Source: Camelus dromedarius (taxonomy: Eukaryota). From it: 64,000 nucleotides of DNA. The DNA is taken from assembly GCF_036321535.1 (NCBI RefSeq), contig NC_087437.1, positions 51,896,001-51,960,000 of the forward strand, in the 5' to 3' direction. A program made the position numbers and the translations under genes. The notes beneath the pieces are model-generated. The model was not told the DNA's origin and ran no database searches. It was given only the letters and a program-made list of their open reading frames with translations. Positions 25,764 through 39,350 of the stretch are shown here, in pieces. Within the stretch, counting starts at the first letter, position 1. Every line of letters starts with the position of its first letter.

Positions 25764-27219
25764 CAGTTCTGATGCAAAGGCAAAATTGCAGCATTTGGTC
25801 TGAGCTGGGTTGGGCAGGGCGTAGGGGACCCAGATCTCCTACGTCCTGCATACAGCATTGTGATGACTTAGTATGGAGGCTGCACAATCAGCCTGGGTTC
25901 AGCCCCTCCTTTCCTCTCTCCCTTCTCTGCCCTGATGCTCCCTCCCCGCTCCTGCCCCCACTGGTCTCCAGCCCTGCAATTCATCACAGCTCTGTGTCCA
26001 TGCCCTCTGTGACCGCGTCTCTCGGCAGCACTACTTTTGCATTTTGATGTTAAAACAATATTTTACCCAACATATGACAGCACTTGGAGCTTTTGCAAAG
26101 CCCTTTCACATCTGCTGTTTCATTTGATCTTTACCGGGTCATTGTCAGGTAGGCAGGGAAGGTATTATTAGCAGGGGTGATAGTCAAAATATTTAACAAC
26201 CAATATATATGGGCCCAACCAATGGGAATGGATGCAGGCCATACAGCTGGGAGAGGGCCTACAGGCACCCTCCCGTAGTTAGTGGAAGAGGGTCTGGGGG
26301 AGGGAGGGCTCCCAGACTAGGGACCAGGAAGGCAGGGGCAGGAGGAGAGCAGATCTGAAGGCCTCAGGGAAATGGCTTTTTACTAAGCGGTCTGGAAGCA
26401 TTTCTGTTTCTCAAGCGTGTATACTGTACCAGTGCCTACATCTGACTGATTGTCAGTCCAGTTGTGCTGATGTGGGAATTGAGGTCCAGCGAGGTAAGTA
26501 ACTTGCCCAGGCTTAGAGGAGAAAAGAGGACCAGTAGGTAGGTCCCCTGACTTCTCGGGCAGAGCCTTTTCTGCCACCTCAGAGTGCAGGCTAAATGCAA
26601 GAGCTTCTGTTTGCATCTCATCCTTTCTGATGACAGCACAGCAGCCTCGCACCCTGGTGATGGCTGCTCCTGAAATATGATCCCTCACCTCACACTTCCC
26701 GGCACACTTCCTTCACCAAGTCTTCTTATCTACTCACTATCTCCTCTGTCTCCCCCTCACACATGTCATGATTCTGCCCCGGAATTCCCTCCCTTGACTG
26801 TCTCACTGACACCGCCACTGAGCCCCATACCGTCTGCTGTCATCTGGCTGGGAACAATTTCCAGAAACTCCCTGAGCCCCTCATCCCTCTCCTGAGCTAC
26901 CACTGGACCTCTCCCCCAGGTTTGCTCCTCGCTACCCCACCTTCACGTGCCCCAAAGTGACCTCACCACCTTCTCCTCCCAAACATGCTCTCGCAGTGCC
27001 TGTGAATGGCAGCTCTGTTCTCCCAGAGCCCTAGACCCAACAGGAGCCACTCACAGACCACCCACAGGTGCTCATGACGGCCAGCCTCCTGCCAGCACCC
27101 GATGCTCTTGGAAACCCCAGTGAAGATCATTCTGAGGTCAAGGCTGAGGCCGGGTCTCGTCTTCCACAGCCCTTGCTCTACCCTGAGATCATGACCCCAT
27201 CTTCCTTTGCACTCACCTG

Positions 27220-30200
27220 TTCATTTTTTGGTAAATATAATTTACATTTTCCTTAAACTGATACATATACAATGTTTAAAAGCCAAATAGTCCTACAAAG
27301 TATAATGAAAACCAAGCTGCTCTCTGCTTCGTTTCTCCCCACCTCTGATTTCTACTTACCACAGGTAATTGCTTTCAACATTTTTTTGGCTATTTCTTCA
27401 GGTGTTTACCTCATTTTTCTAATGGAAGTAAATGTGTACATCGTAATTTCAGATTTTTCTATTTCAGACATTCTCTACTGACTTCTATCTCAGATACCAT
27501 TGGTGTCCTACCTGTGTCCCTTAGACCATCCCATGAAGCATTCTTCCTCGTTTCCAATCTCCAGGGTCTGCATCTCTGTACCTGACAGCTTTGGGGCTCT
27601 GCCCTCAGATGCAGCAAGCTGACATTCCAGGAAATGAATATGCCATCCCCCCTCCAGCGGTCTTCAACTAACCTTGGTCAAGAGTTGGTACATAAATACC
27701 TCACCTCCCTCTCTGTCAGGTGGAATAATTCTGAGACTGAATTTTGCCCCATTTCCTGGAGTTTTCTTATTGGAAGTAAGTTCCAGTCACTCACAGTGGT
27801 ATCTGACTTAATCACACATTCTTTATTGGTTGTTTTCCCTTCCCTATGTCACCTTCCCACTTTTCTAAGCATGTTCCTTGCACTTCCCAAATAAACTACT
27901 TGCTGGCAAATCCTTGTTTCAGGGTCTGCCTCTGAGGAAATGCAAACTAAGACAGCTCCTATAGGAAGATGAGGATGTATCTTTCTTACAGGCCCTTTCC
28001 CTGAACACACACACATACAACCCCCAGATTCTCTCAATATTGTTGAAGCATGGTTTTTAGTTAAACCAACATTCAGCATTTACATTATTATGACTATGTA
28101 AATATTGCTCATAACTGACTGGCATAATAAACTATGTAAAATACATTTCTTATTTAAAATAGCATTTCCCCCCTGAAGTTAATAATAGCTTCTCTTTTTC
28201 CCTGAGCTTAGTTTCCTATGTGCTTATCAGTAATTCATCCCCAGACTCTCTTATAGTCTAGAACACTCTCTGTATACTAAATAAATCAGGTTAACTATAC
28301 ATATGGTCCATTATTTTCTTGAAATCTTCACTCCTGAAGCCTGAGGTTTTCCTGCTCTAGTCTGGTTTGGCTGTTCCCCTGGTTTGCTGCACCACTGTCA
28401 TCCTGGGGCTTCCTTCATCATTTTTCTAGAAAATTCTTTAGTCTTTCTTCTGTATTAGAGTCTTCCCTTTTCCTGGGTCCCATGTCTTCTTGGTTTTGTC
28501 CTCATTTCATCCTTTAGTACCTTTATGAGAATGGGTATATTAGAGAGAAATTTTTTGAAACCTGGCACATCTGCAAATGACTTTGTTCATGTTTTATTAA
28601 CAGTTTAATTGGCTGAAGGATTCTAGATGTTAAATAATTCTCTTTCAGAAGTTGAAAGAAATTGCCCCATGGACTTCTCGCTTCCATTCAGCAGTGCTTT
28701 TATTTGTGTTTGTTTTACTTTCTATAGTAATTTATTTGAATGATATGTGTATTATTCATACATGGATTTTTATTAGCCGTTTTGTAATGTGCTTAAACAT
28801 TTTTGTTTTTGAAATGCTTCATATATTAATTCCACAGTTTTTTATTTTATGAATTTTTTGAGGTACATTATTGAGGTATATTATTGGGTTTACAAAATTC
28901 ATGCATTTCAAGTGTACAATTTAATGCTTTTTACTACATTTACCAAGATGTACAACCATCACCACAAACCAGCTTTAGAACATTTTCATCACCCCAATCA
29001 GATCTCTCCTGCCCATTCAGCATTGTTTTGGGGAAGTCTGATACACAGTGAACCCCAGTCCTTTATATGTGGCCCATTGTTTCTCTCTAGAAGCTTTAAG
29101 GATCTGCTTTTTATTTCTGATGTCTGAGATACTACAATGCTGTGCCTCAATAGAATTTTTTATACCATCCTGGAAATTTTTAAAATGATTTCTTTGGCAA
29201 TCATTCTCCAAACTTTTCTCAGTGTCCTCTTTCAGGAACCCCTGCTCTAGTGTTGAGCCTTCTGGAGTAATCTTTTAGTGTTCCTGTCTTTTTTCTCTTA
29301 TTATTATTTTTTATCTGTAAGTTGTTTTACTTTTGGGAGATTTCCTAAATTTTTTTCTTCTAAACCTATACAATTTTAAAAAATTTAACTGTCTTTATTT
29401 CCAAAAGCCATTTCTTAACTCTGAAAGTTTTTGTTCTATAGCGCTGATCTTGTTTCATGAGTTTAATGGTTTCCTTTCCCTCTGAGGAAATGAATAATGA
29501 TGCTCAATTTTTTTTTTCTTCTCCTTGAATTGGCTGTTTCTCCTGAGCTCACTGAAATCTCTTTGTGTGTGAGCAGGGCTGGTTGTGGTGGACCACCCTC
29601 GGTTTACCAGCAGATACTTCCCTGACCTCTTTCCTCTAGAGTGTAGGCCAGGATTCCAGCATCCTGGGAGCCCAACAAGGGAAGAGGTGGGTGATCACAC
29701 TGTTCAGGGTAGAGACTTTCACTTAATTCCCTTTTTCAATATGGTGCCTTACCTCTTGATCTGCTTTGCCTGGTGTGTTCCCCAAGTTCAGAGTCTCTCC
29801 TTTGATCTCTCCAGACAGTCAGCTTTGCTGGGTGGGGTGGAAGAGCCATCTGGCTACAAGGGCTGGGAGAGAGGAATCAGACTTTCCACCCTTCCTTGTG
29901 TTTTCAGCCCAACTCCATCTCACTAGTTTCAGAGTAACCGGGTACCTCTTTTTTCCTAAACTTTTCTGGGTTTGTTTTTCATATCAAATTGGCTTCCTTC
30001 TTGAAAGCTTCTCCACCCACTGCCTGTTCTGCAGGCAGCTTTCTTGTCTTTACTAAGTCAGTTAATACTCATCCAACTACTTTTCATCTTCCAAAAAAAT
30101 TTTTTTTGAGGTCTTCCATCAGCTATTGTCTCTTTTCTTGTTCTTAGAGTCCTTGTGGGTTTACATTTTATTACTTTACTATTATTTTAGGAACAGAGTC

Positions 30201-30240
30201 AAATACATATGTTTACTGTGCCAAATCTAACCAGAAATTC
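27220..30240. mobile_element. Highly decayed old L1 (L1M-type) fragments interrupted by an LTR
   Basis: T-rich degenerate sequence with L1-like phrases (e.g. 28850-29000 TTCAAGTGTACAATTTAATG...AACATTTTCATCACCCC). Boundaries approximate. Confidence 0.5.
27495..27954 (+). mobile_element. ERVL-type solo LTR (LTR16/LTR33-like)
   Basis: Ends CCCAAATAAACTACTTGC...CAGGGTCTGCCTCTGAGGAAATGCAAACTAAGACA, a typical ERVL LTR 3' end. Confidence 0.65.
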
Positions 30241-31302
30241 CCTTCCTGTTCTGCTGCCACACTCTTAAGCCTGACTCACACTTCCAGTCTGGACTGCTTA
30301 CTATTCCCCAAACAAACAGGCTCTTTCTGGCCCCTTCACCTTTGCTAATAAAGTTTATGGAATGTTTTCCTCACTTTCTTTGCTTCCTTCAGGGCTAATC
30401 TTAAATATCATATCCATGATACGTTCTCCAATTGTCACTGCTAGAAAAGTATCTTGCCTTCCTCTAATGCCGACTGCACACTTTGAGTCTTCTAAGACAT
30501 CTCCTACCAAGTGGTAGGTACATCTGTCACCTCCCCTATGTAAATTCCTTGAGGGAAGGAGCAATATCTTAACATGTTAAATCTCTTTCAACCAGATAAA
30601 TCTATATTTGTGGAATTATAAAAATTATAATAGTCAAATGTCTGCCCTACTGTGTACATTTTCTAAATGTGCATTTTAATCACATTGGCTTTTAACACAA
30701 GAATTCTGCCAGGTAGACTATTAGCTTCCATTTTCAGATGAGGAAACTAATGCTCCAAGATGTTAAACAACTTGCCCAAGGTCCAGCAGGAGGCAGGATC
30801 GGAAGTCAAATACTGTTTTCTCTGTCTCTAAAGCCCAGCTGCTGTGTTTTAGTTATCTTTTTAAAAAATTTGTTGGTTACCTTTATTTTATTAACTTGGA
30901 TACTTAACATTTTTTCTTCCAACCATGTGTTTATCTCATTACTCTGAAAGTGTAGGTGTATTGTGGTTATATCGTTCATTCCAAACCCTTGTCTCTCAAG
31001 CTGGAATCTTGAGTTTGGCCCCTGTGGATCCATACCTGTCATTTATTGGGCATTTACTCTCTGCCAAACTATTAGTAATAAGTATGGTTAAGGGCCTGGG
31101 CTCTGAAGGCAGGTTTAAATCCAGACTCCTCCACCTACAGCTATGAGTGTGGGCAAGTTACAACCTCTCTATGCTTTAGCTTCTTCCTCTGTGAAAGGAA
31201 CTCAATAATAGTAGATACCTTATAAGGTTATGGCAAGAATCAAATGAATTAAAAACATGTAAACTGATTACATGAATATGTACCAATTAATGTTACCTCT
31301 TA

Positions 31303-31443
31303 CTTTAAAATTTTAATTTATTTTTTGGGGAGGGAGGTAATTAAATTTTTATTTATTTACTTATTAATGAAGGTACTGGGATTGAACCCAGGACCTTGTG
31401 CATGCTAGGCATGCACTCTACCACTGAGCTATACCCTCCCCTC
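31303..31443 (-). mobile_element. tRNA-derived SINE (camelid vic-1-like)
   Basis: Full body; 15-bp TSD TAA(T/C)GTTACCTCTTA at 31288-31302 and 31444-31458. Confidence 0.92.
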
Positions 31444-31966
31444 TAACGTTACCTCTTATTTTCATATACTTTATCTCATTCAACTTCACACCAACCCTAT
31501 CAGGTAGAAATTATTATCCTAACTTTGCAATGAGTAGCCTGCTATACAGATATAAACTGAGGTCTGTCTGACTCTAAAATCATGTTCTTAACCACTGTGC
31601 TACACAGCCAGAGAGACAGATGATCTTTGTAGACATTTTCCAGGCTTTTAAAATTTGACAAATCTATGAACAAGAAGACAGTGGACATCTTTGGTCTCCA
31701 GTGCAAGTCTAGACAGAATATGAGAATATCATTCTGTGTAGGGATAAAAGCCATCCTTATCCTTGGTAAGACTAGAATCAGGAAAACTGGGCTGAGAGTT
31801 GAAAAAGCAGAGCTCCAGCCCTCACTGCTATGTGACATCCTCCACACACCCTACCCTGGTTGAATTTCTCTCATCTGTAGGATGAGGGGTTGCACTGGCC
31901 ATCTCCAAGAGCCCTTTGGCTCTCTTGCAGACTCCCTGCAAAGCCAGGGTATTATCTGCTGAATGC

Positions 31967-31985
31967 CAGCACCATCTGGTGGCCA
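31967..31985 (-). promoter_or_regulatory. CTCF-like motif (first of a tandem pair)
   Basis: Minus strand TGGCCACCAGATGGTGCTG. Confidence 0.55.
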
Positions 31986-32012
31986 TGGGCCATAACCCAA
32001 GCCCATCTCTCC

Positions 32013-32031
32013 CACTGCCACCTGGTGGTCA
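32013..32031 (-). promoter_or_regulatory. CTCF-like motif (second of a tandem pair)
   Basis: Minus strand TGACCACCAGGTGGCAGTG; full match to the CCASYAGRKGGCRS core. Confidence 0.65.
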
Positions 32032-32660
32032 CTAATGCCACAGTAAGTTTGCATGGTATTTCGAATTAAAAAACAATAGCACGGATACATTCACACATGT
32101 TATCTTTATAGCAACCTGATAAGATGGGTAGGGCAAGTGTTTGTACTCACTTTAACCTACAGGAAACTGGTCCCCAGAGAGGTTAGATAATTGGCATGGA
32201 GTCACACAGCAAGCTGGTTGGGTGTCAGAGCCTGGTTTAAAAGTTTCCAGGATGTTAAACTACCTCTGAAACAGATTTAGTGGGTATTATTGAGAACCTA
32301 CCAAGTTCAAGATGCTTCACACAGGTCATTTAATTAAGTCTGAATATATCACTGAGACTCAGGCTAAATAATTCACTCAGCATAGGGTCTAGGAGAGGCT
32401 GGATTTGAACTCAGATTCTATACCTCTACACAGCCATATTCCTCCTCTATGCCTGGGGCTGGCACACAGAACAACCACATCTTCTACTCTGCAGAATCCT
32501 GTAATTCCTCTTCAGAATTGAGTCCCTAATTTTTAGCTGGGCTGATAGTCACCCTGAATGGAGACTACATTTCCCAGCCTCCTTTGCAGCTAGATGTGGG
32601 CAGGGCTGGTGTAGACAATTTCAGGAAAGAGTCTTTGAGGGGAGTGGGCATAACCTTCTT

Positions 32661-33334
32661 TGCTGACAGCTTCTAAAACGGCTCCCAGGGACCCCATGTC
32701 CTGGAAGTCATAGTCTTGTGTAATCCCCTCCCCTGGAGTGTGGACTGGAGCTCCTGCTTCTAACAGTTAGAATGTAGCAAGAGATGATGGGAAGCCACTT
32801 CCAAGATCACCTTACAAGAGACTGTTACTTCCATCTTGCTCACATTCTTTTTTTGGGGTGGAGGGTGGGTAATTAGGTTTGTTTGTTTATTTATTTATAT
32901 GGAGGTACTAGGGATTGAACCCAGGACTTTGTACATGCTAGGCAGGTGCTCTACCACTGAGCTATACCCTCCCCTCCCTTGCTCACATTCTTGAGGCTCT
33001 TCTGGCTTGCCTGCTGGGATGAAGCAAGCTGCCATGTTGTGAGTAGCCTTATGGAGAAGCCCACATGACAAAGAACTGAGGCCCTCGGTCCAAAGGCCTG
33101 CAGGGAAGTGAATCCTGCCAATAATCATGTGAGTAATTTTGGAAGCAGAGCCTTCCCAATTTGAGTCTTGAGATGTCACAGCCTGAGCCAACATCTTGGT
33201 GGCGGACTTGTGACAGAGCTTGAGCCAAAGGACCTGGCTAAGCCATGCCTGAATTCCTGAAACTGTTAGATAATACAGGTCACTGTTTTAGGACTCTAAT
33301 TTTGGAGGTGGTCATACAATATATAACTTATATA
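32661..33334 (+). mobile_element. MLT1-type MaLR LTR (contains a SINE)
   Basis: TGTAATCCCCTCCCCTGGAGTGTGGAC, GAAGCAAGCTGCCATGTTGTGAG, GAATCCTGCCAATAATCATGTGAG are MLT1 hallmarks. Confidence 0.8.
32850..32977 (-). mobile_element. tRNA-derived SINE inserted in a MaLR LTR
   Basis: Full body; perfect 15-bp TSD CTTGCTCACATTCTT at 32835-32849 and 32978-32992. Confidence 0.92.
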
Positions 33335-34729
33335 CCTTCTCCCCTCCTTTTCTCTTCCTTGCCCATTGGAAGTGGATGTGATGGTTGGAGCAGATGATTC
33401 GGACCATGAGGTAGACTTGGGAACTGAGGCCCTACAGGAAGGAGCAATGAAATAGGAGTCTGGGGCCTGACACAGTGGAACATTACTATTACTTTGAATT
33501 TTCTTTCATTCTCAGCTGAGTCCAACTCTTCCTTCCTTTTGTGTGTTAAAGACGTATGTGTCCTTTTGCGTAAGCAAGGCTATCCTCAGGCAAAATGGTG
33601 AAATAGGTCAAACTGGCATTTGACGTCTTTGTTGTTTCTGCATCTTTTCTGCTCTTTCCTTGCCCTTTCCCTTGTCTAATGCCCAGTCCTCTTCAGTGCC
33701 TGCCTAGGGTCTGCTTTACAGGCCAGATCCCAGCCCTGGACCTTCCTCTCCACCTTCTTTTTGCTACTTAGTTCCAACAGGGCTCCGGTGATGCCACTTC
33801 TCCCTTCAAAAGGCTGATAGACGTGTGCTCATTTGCTCACTGGAGTATAGGAGGCGTGGCGGGGGCGGGGCTGGAAGACAAAATAAGTAGACTTCAAATG
33901 ATGGCATTTCTGGAATTGTGAAATTATCAGAAGGAGACTTGTTTTTAAATAGAGAGATCTTTCAGATTTCTCTCGTGTAAGTGCACGTGGCTGCTCTGTA
34001 CTCTAAGGCTGAAGGGAAAGAGGATGTGGGAAGGCACTAGAATGAATGGGTGAATGAAAAGTGAAAGGCAACCTGTTGCCAAGGATACAACGTGGTAGAG
34101 AATATAGATCTTATTTCCTTCATGACTTTGGGAAGCAATTTATGATTCCTGAGTCCTTTACCCTTTATCCATCACTGTTCTTTTTTTCATTGCTATTCTC
34201 GTAATATTTGGATATAAAATCTGATTCTCACTAAAGGTCAGAGGAATTTGGTCTTTTGAACTCCCATATTTTATTTCCATTATGAGTCTTAATAAACATT
34301 GCATTTCTTTTATTGTTTCTTCCTGGCTAGGGATCAGGGAGTATTTCTCATATCTGTATTCCTGGCACTAAGCATGGTGCCTGACACATAGTAGGCACTC
34401 AGTGTATGCTTGTGTCTGTGTAAGGGGGGTTCTGTATTCCTTGAGAAGCATCCTCAGGTCAGTGTATGTGATACCCTCTCCACACACAAATATAGACCGT
34501 CATTGCAGAATCCATTCATTTAATTAATAAAAAAGTATGAAGCTCTTACCATATGCCAAGTGCTGTTCTAGATGTTGAGGATAAAACCATAAATGAAGCA
34601 TATGAAAATCTCCACTCTCACGGTGCTTATGTACTAGTGGAGAAGACAGAAACTTAACAGATAAATGAGTAAAATATATAGCATTTTGGAGGGTGATAAG
34701 TACTATGGAGAAAAATTAAGTCTGGAAGG

Positions 34730-35070
34730 GTGATGAGGGAGTGCTGGAGGAAGGAGGGGTGGTGCGTGGGAGAGTCAGATGTGCTCCCCAAGTATCCTGA
34801 GCGCTCCCCTCCACTTCCTGGCCTCCGTGGCAGTAAAGTAGGGCCAGGTGGCTGGTGCTGGCCAGTGGACTGGGAGCAGAAGGGGTACATGTCATTTTCA
34901 GGCCAAGGCAGTGCAGAGCTAATGGGCCTTTTCCATCCTCCTGCTTCAGAGAACTTAGAGGCCATGTGTTCAACTGAGAGTGTCACCAGATGGAAAGAAC
35001 CTGGGTCCCTGAGTCCTGGATGGAGGAGAGTACTCCACCCCCATCTGTTTGCATCTATTGCCCTAACACA
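34730..35070. mobile_element. Old MaLR/ERVL LTR fragment inside L2
   Basis: CACTTCCTGGCCTCCGTGGCAG...GGCCAGTGGACTGGGAGCAGAAG; L2-like sequence on both sides. Confidence 0.5.
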
Positions 35071-35980
35071 GTGGCATTTGAACAAAGTCCCAAAGATGGT
35101 GAGAGAATGAGCCATGTGGTTCTTCTGGGGGAAGAGCATTCCTGGCAGAGGGAACCTAAGAATGACATCTGGAATAACTTGAGTAACTTACAGATAACCA
35201 ATTTCACTTCTCCCCAGCCCACTTTGATGTTTTGACTCCATTAAGAACCCTGTACACCAGGTTTCTTTTTAAAAAAGGAAAAGAGGCCAATTAATTTTGT
35301 TCTCGTGAGCAAAGACAAAGGTGGCACAGCTACCCATCTCCTAGTCTCTGCCCCTTGTTCCCAGGTCCCAGACATTTTTTTCTTTCAGGATAGATGTGGC
35401 TTGCTCTGGATGCAATGTTAATAGCCATGTCTGGACCGTGCTCTCCATCCTGCCTGCGTTGGGGAGAGCTGGAGGAGTAGGGCTGGGTATCCAGACATCA
35501 TCCAAATGCCGCAGCCCTGGGATGACGCTCCCCTTCTAGCTCCTGGCCATCAGAGCAGCCCCCTCACTGATTCCCATTCCCCAAGGCTCCTGCATTGCCT
35601 GTGGGGCTTTTTTCTCATGGGTTTAATTTCTCCTAAGACCACTTCACAGAAGTTCCATTCTAATTGCTATCTGCTCAATTGCTTTGTCTTATTTAAAAAG
35701 ACAAGTTTAATAAATCCAAATATTCCTCTGTCTAGGTCTTAATGACCTGTATGAAGTTAACTTTGATGGATGGTACATTTTAAGCCAAAACATAACTCTC
35801 TGAACCCTAAACATAGTACAGCTTTTGATACTCTTCCCAAAGGCAAGAATATCATAACAATATTCCATATAGAAAAAGTCCAATATGTAAGTTAACATCA
35901 ATTTAACCTTTTTCTTTTTTAAAAAAATCTCAATGCCCATGTTTACATAATTACAGCTGAAATTTTAAGAAACCTCCTAC

Positions 35981-36560
35981 CAGTGCTTCTCAAACTTAAA
36001 TAATGTTCAGATTACTTGTAAGTGGAAAAGAATCTCATGGATCTCTAGATCTGGCTTAAATTATTTTTTTATGATGTTGCATAGAAGATATTTTTTATGA
36101 TGTATATATATGTAAACATAAAAAACTTAGGAAAAGATTCATTTTTATAGATTTTATTCAGCTATAAAACAAAAACAAATCTATAAGTTAAAAACAAAAC
36201 TACCAAATGAGGAAATTAAAATTTACAGTGTTGATTTAATATAAGGAATGGTATTTTGCTGAAACCAAAGTGCCCCTCGCAATATGAATATTTTAATGAC
36301 TGCAATCGCACAGACCTATTTAACCACATACCTCGTGATGACTCAATTCTCCCACTAACCTTTGTTTGTACAGTACACCACAATATAATCTGGCTATAAC
36401 TTGGTGTGACCACATCATTTATTTTTTAAATCCTTCTCTGTTTTTTTTCCTCATACGCCTGCAACAATTCACTTAGTGCTATTTGCCAATCACAAATCCA
36501 AACAGAGGCAGAGAAATTGCATTCCCAGAATAACTATAAAGGGTTGATAAATTTATAAAG
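35981..36560. mobile_element. Decayed DNA transposon fragment (hAT-like)
   Basis: Starts CAGTGCTTCTCAAACT, followed by AT-rich sequence; right end uncertain. Confidence 0.45.
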
Positions 36561-37796
36561 ATATTCCACCCAAATAGTAATCCAATTCAAATTCAAATTA
36601 GAGCCACTTCCTCTATCAAACTGGCAAAGCTTTTTAAAAAGATAAAATAAATGCTGGTGGGTATGTGTGATGGGTACCCTTGAGCACTCTGGTGAGAATG
36701 AAAAGCGGCCTGACCTTTCTAGAAAGCAATTTGGCAGTAGGTATTCACAGATTTAAGAGCTTTCAAAGCTTTTGAATCAGTAATTTCACTTACAGGTTTT
36801 TATCCTAAGGAAATAATTTTAAAATGTGGGCAAAGTTTTCTGTATAAGGATATTCATGGCAATGTCCTTGTTAACAGTGAAAAATAGGAAATCTCCCCTA
36901 AATACCCAAAAGTTATGAAATAAACTACGTTATCAACAATTATGTAGCCATTACAAATAATATTTGTGAACAATTTTAATAGCACCTTGTTTAGTGTTCA
37001 AGGCACAACATTGAGGAAAAAAGCAGGTACAGAACTATATATTCTTTTTTTTTTTTTACTTTTTTTTATAGAGTTATAGTCATTTTACAATGTTGTGTCA
37101 AATCCTACATAGGTCTACTATGTAAAAAGTATACATATGCAAAGTAAAAGACCCAATGAAAATAAGCCAAAACCATGTTTTTTTTTTTCTCCCCTGGAGT
37201 GCGAGTGCTATACTTTTTATATTTCCTGATTCTTTTTCAAGTTTTCAATAATTATACAGAAGTTTTGTTTTTTAATTAATGTAAAGAGCCCTGTAAAGGA
37301 TAGCAGGTCAGCTTGGACTATGCTAAAACACTCCTTATTGTGAGTTGAAATTGCTTCACTACAACATCTATCCACAGGTCCCAGGTGTACTTTCTAGAGT
37401 TACAAAGAATAAGTCTACAGATATTTCAAAAAGTCAGTTAGCAACCTTCCCCACATCCCACCTCCATAACCCACTGCTCCTACTTCTGTCAGTTTCCTTT
37501 CTGCCCAACGCTTTCAACTGTTCTCTGTCAAATAGGGTTTCTGATCTCACCAGCCTGCTTACCCTGCCACAGACAGGCTCCTGTTCAATAGGTTTCCTTT
37601 AAAATTGTGGTTTTCAGAACTGACAGCAGGTCTCCAGGATATTAAAGCACAGCTACAATTATGCCACTCCTCTGCTTAAGAATCTCCAAAGGCTCTTACC
37701 AGAAGGGCAGACCCCCCACCTTGGCATGCAATGCCCTCCTGAATCTGGTCCCACCTTTCCAGCCTCATATCACACCATACCTCTAACACTGTACAC

Positions 37797-39350
37797 CAGT
37801 GCTTTCAAACTATGTGTTGCTATGCATTAGTGTTATGAAATCAATTTATTAGGCAGCATTTTCTAAAAAGTAGAACAGAATAGAAAATGCCAAGTTGCAT
37901 TGCACATACTAAAGGCAATTAATGTCACAAGGTGTACACACATACACACTAGACACATGTACACACACACACAAAATAGGTCATAGCTGAAATGTATTTT
38001 TTTTTTACTTTTTAAAATTATAGTCAATTTACAATGTGTCAATTTCTGGTGTACAGCATGTTGCAGTCATACATACACATACATACATTCGTTTTCATAT
38101 TCTTTTTCATTATACATTCATTACCAAGTGATATTGAGTATAGTTCCCTGTGCTATACAGAAGAAAATTCTTGTATATCTATTTTATATATAGTAGTTAA
38201 TATCTGCAAATCTTGAACTCCCAATTTGTCCCTCCCTCCCCCCTTTCCCCCCAGTAACCATAAGTTTGTATTCTGTCTGAGTCTATTTCTGTTTTGTAAA
38301 TAAGTTCATTTGTCTTTTTTTTTTAAGATTCCACATATGAGTGATATCATATGGTATTTTTCTTTCTCTTTCTGGCTTACTTAGCTTAGAATGACATTCT
38401 CCAGGTCCATCCATGTTGCTGCAAATGGCATTATTTTATTTATTTATTTTTTTATGGTGGAGTAGTGTTCCATTGTATAAATATACCACAACTTCTTTCT
38501 CCAGTCATCTGTCTACAGACATTTAGGTTGTTTCCATGCCTTGGCTATTGTAAATAGTGCTGCTATGAACATTGGGGTGCATGTATCTTTTAGAGTTTCC
38601 TCTGGATATATGCCCAGGAGTTGGATTGCTGTATCATATGGTAAATCTATTTTTAGTTTTTTGAGGAATCTCCGTACTGTTTTCCATAATGGCTGCACTA
38701 AACTACATTCTCACCAACAGTTTAGGAGGGTTCCCTTTTCTCCACATCCTCTCCAGTATTTATCGTTTGTGGAATTTTGAATGATAGCCATTCTGACTGG
38801 TGTGAGGTGATACCTCATTGTAGTTTTGATTTGCATTTCTCTGATAATTAGCAATATTGAGCATCTTTTTCATGTGCCTATTGACCATTTGTATGTCTTC
38901 ATAGGAGAATTGCTTGTTTAGGTCTTCTGCCCATTTTTGGATTGGATTGTTTTTTTGGTTTTTTTTTTTGTTGTTATTAAACTGTATGAGCTGTTTATAT
39001 ATTCTGGAAATTAAGCCCTTGTCAGTTGCATCATCTGCAAATATTTTTTTCTATTCCATAGGTTGTCTTTTTGTTTTGCTTATAGCTTCCTTTGCTGTGC
39101 AAAAGCTTGTAAGTTTAATTAGGTCCCACTTGTTTATTTTTGTTTTTATTTCCATTGCCTGGGTAGACTGCCCTAGGAGAACATTGCTAAAATTTATGCA
39201 GAAAATGTTTTGCCTATGTTTTCTTCTAGGGGGTTTATAGTGTCTTGTCTTATGTTTAAGTCTTTAAGGCATTTTAAGTTTATTTTTGTGTATGCTGTGT
39301 GAAATGTATTTCTTACTGTGAGTGACAATCAAAAAATTTGAAAGGCACTG
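37797..39350. mobile_element. hAT-Charlie-type MITE split by the L1
   Basis: TIRs CAGTGCTTTCAAA (37797) and TTTGAAAGGCACTG (39337-39350). Confidence 0.75.
38000..39299 (-). mobile_element. 5'-truncated L1 nested in a hAT element
   Basis: ORF2 C-terminal peptide on the minus strand ([21 protein letters not shown]); 12-bp TSD TGAAATGTATTT at 37988-37999 and 39300-39311. Confidence 0.93.
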
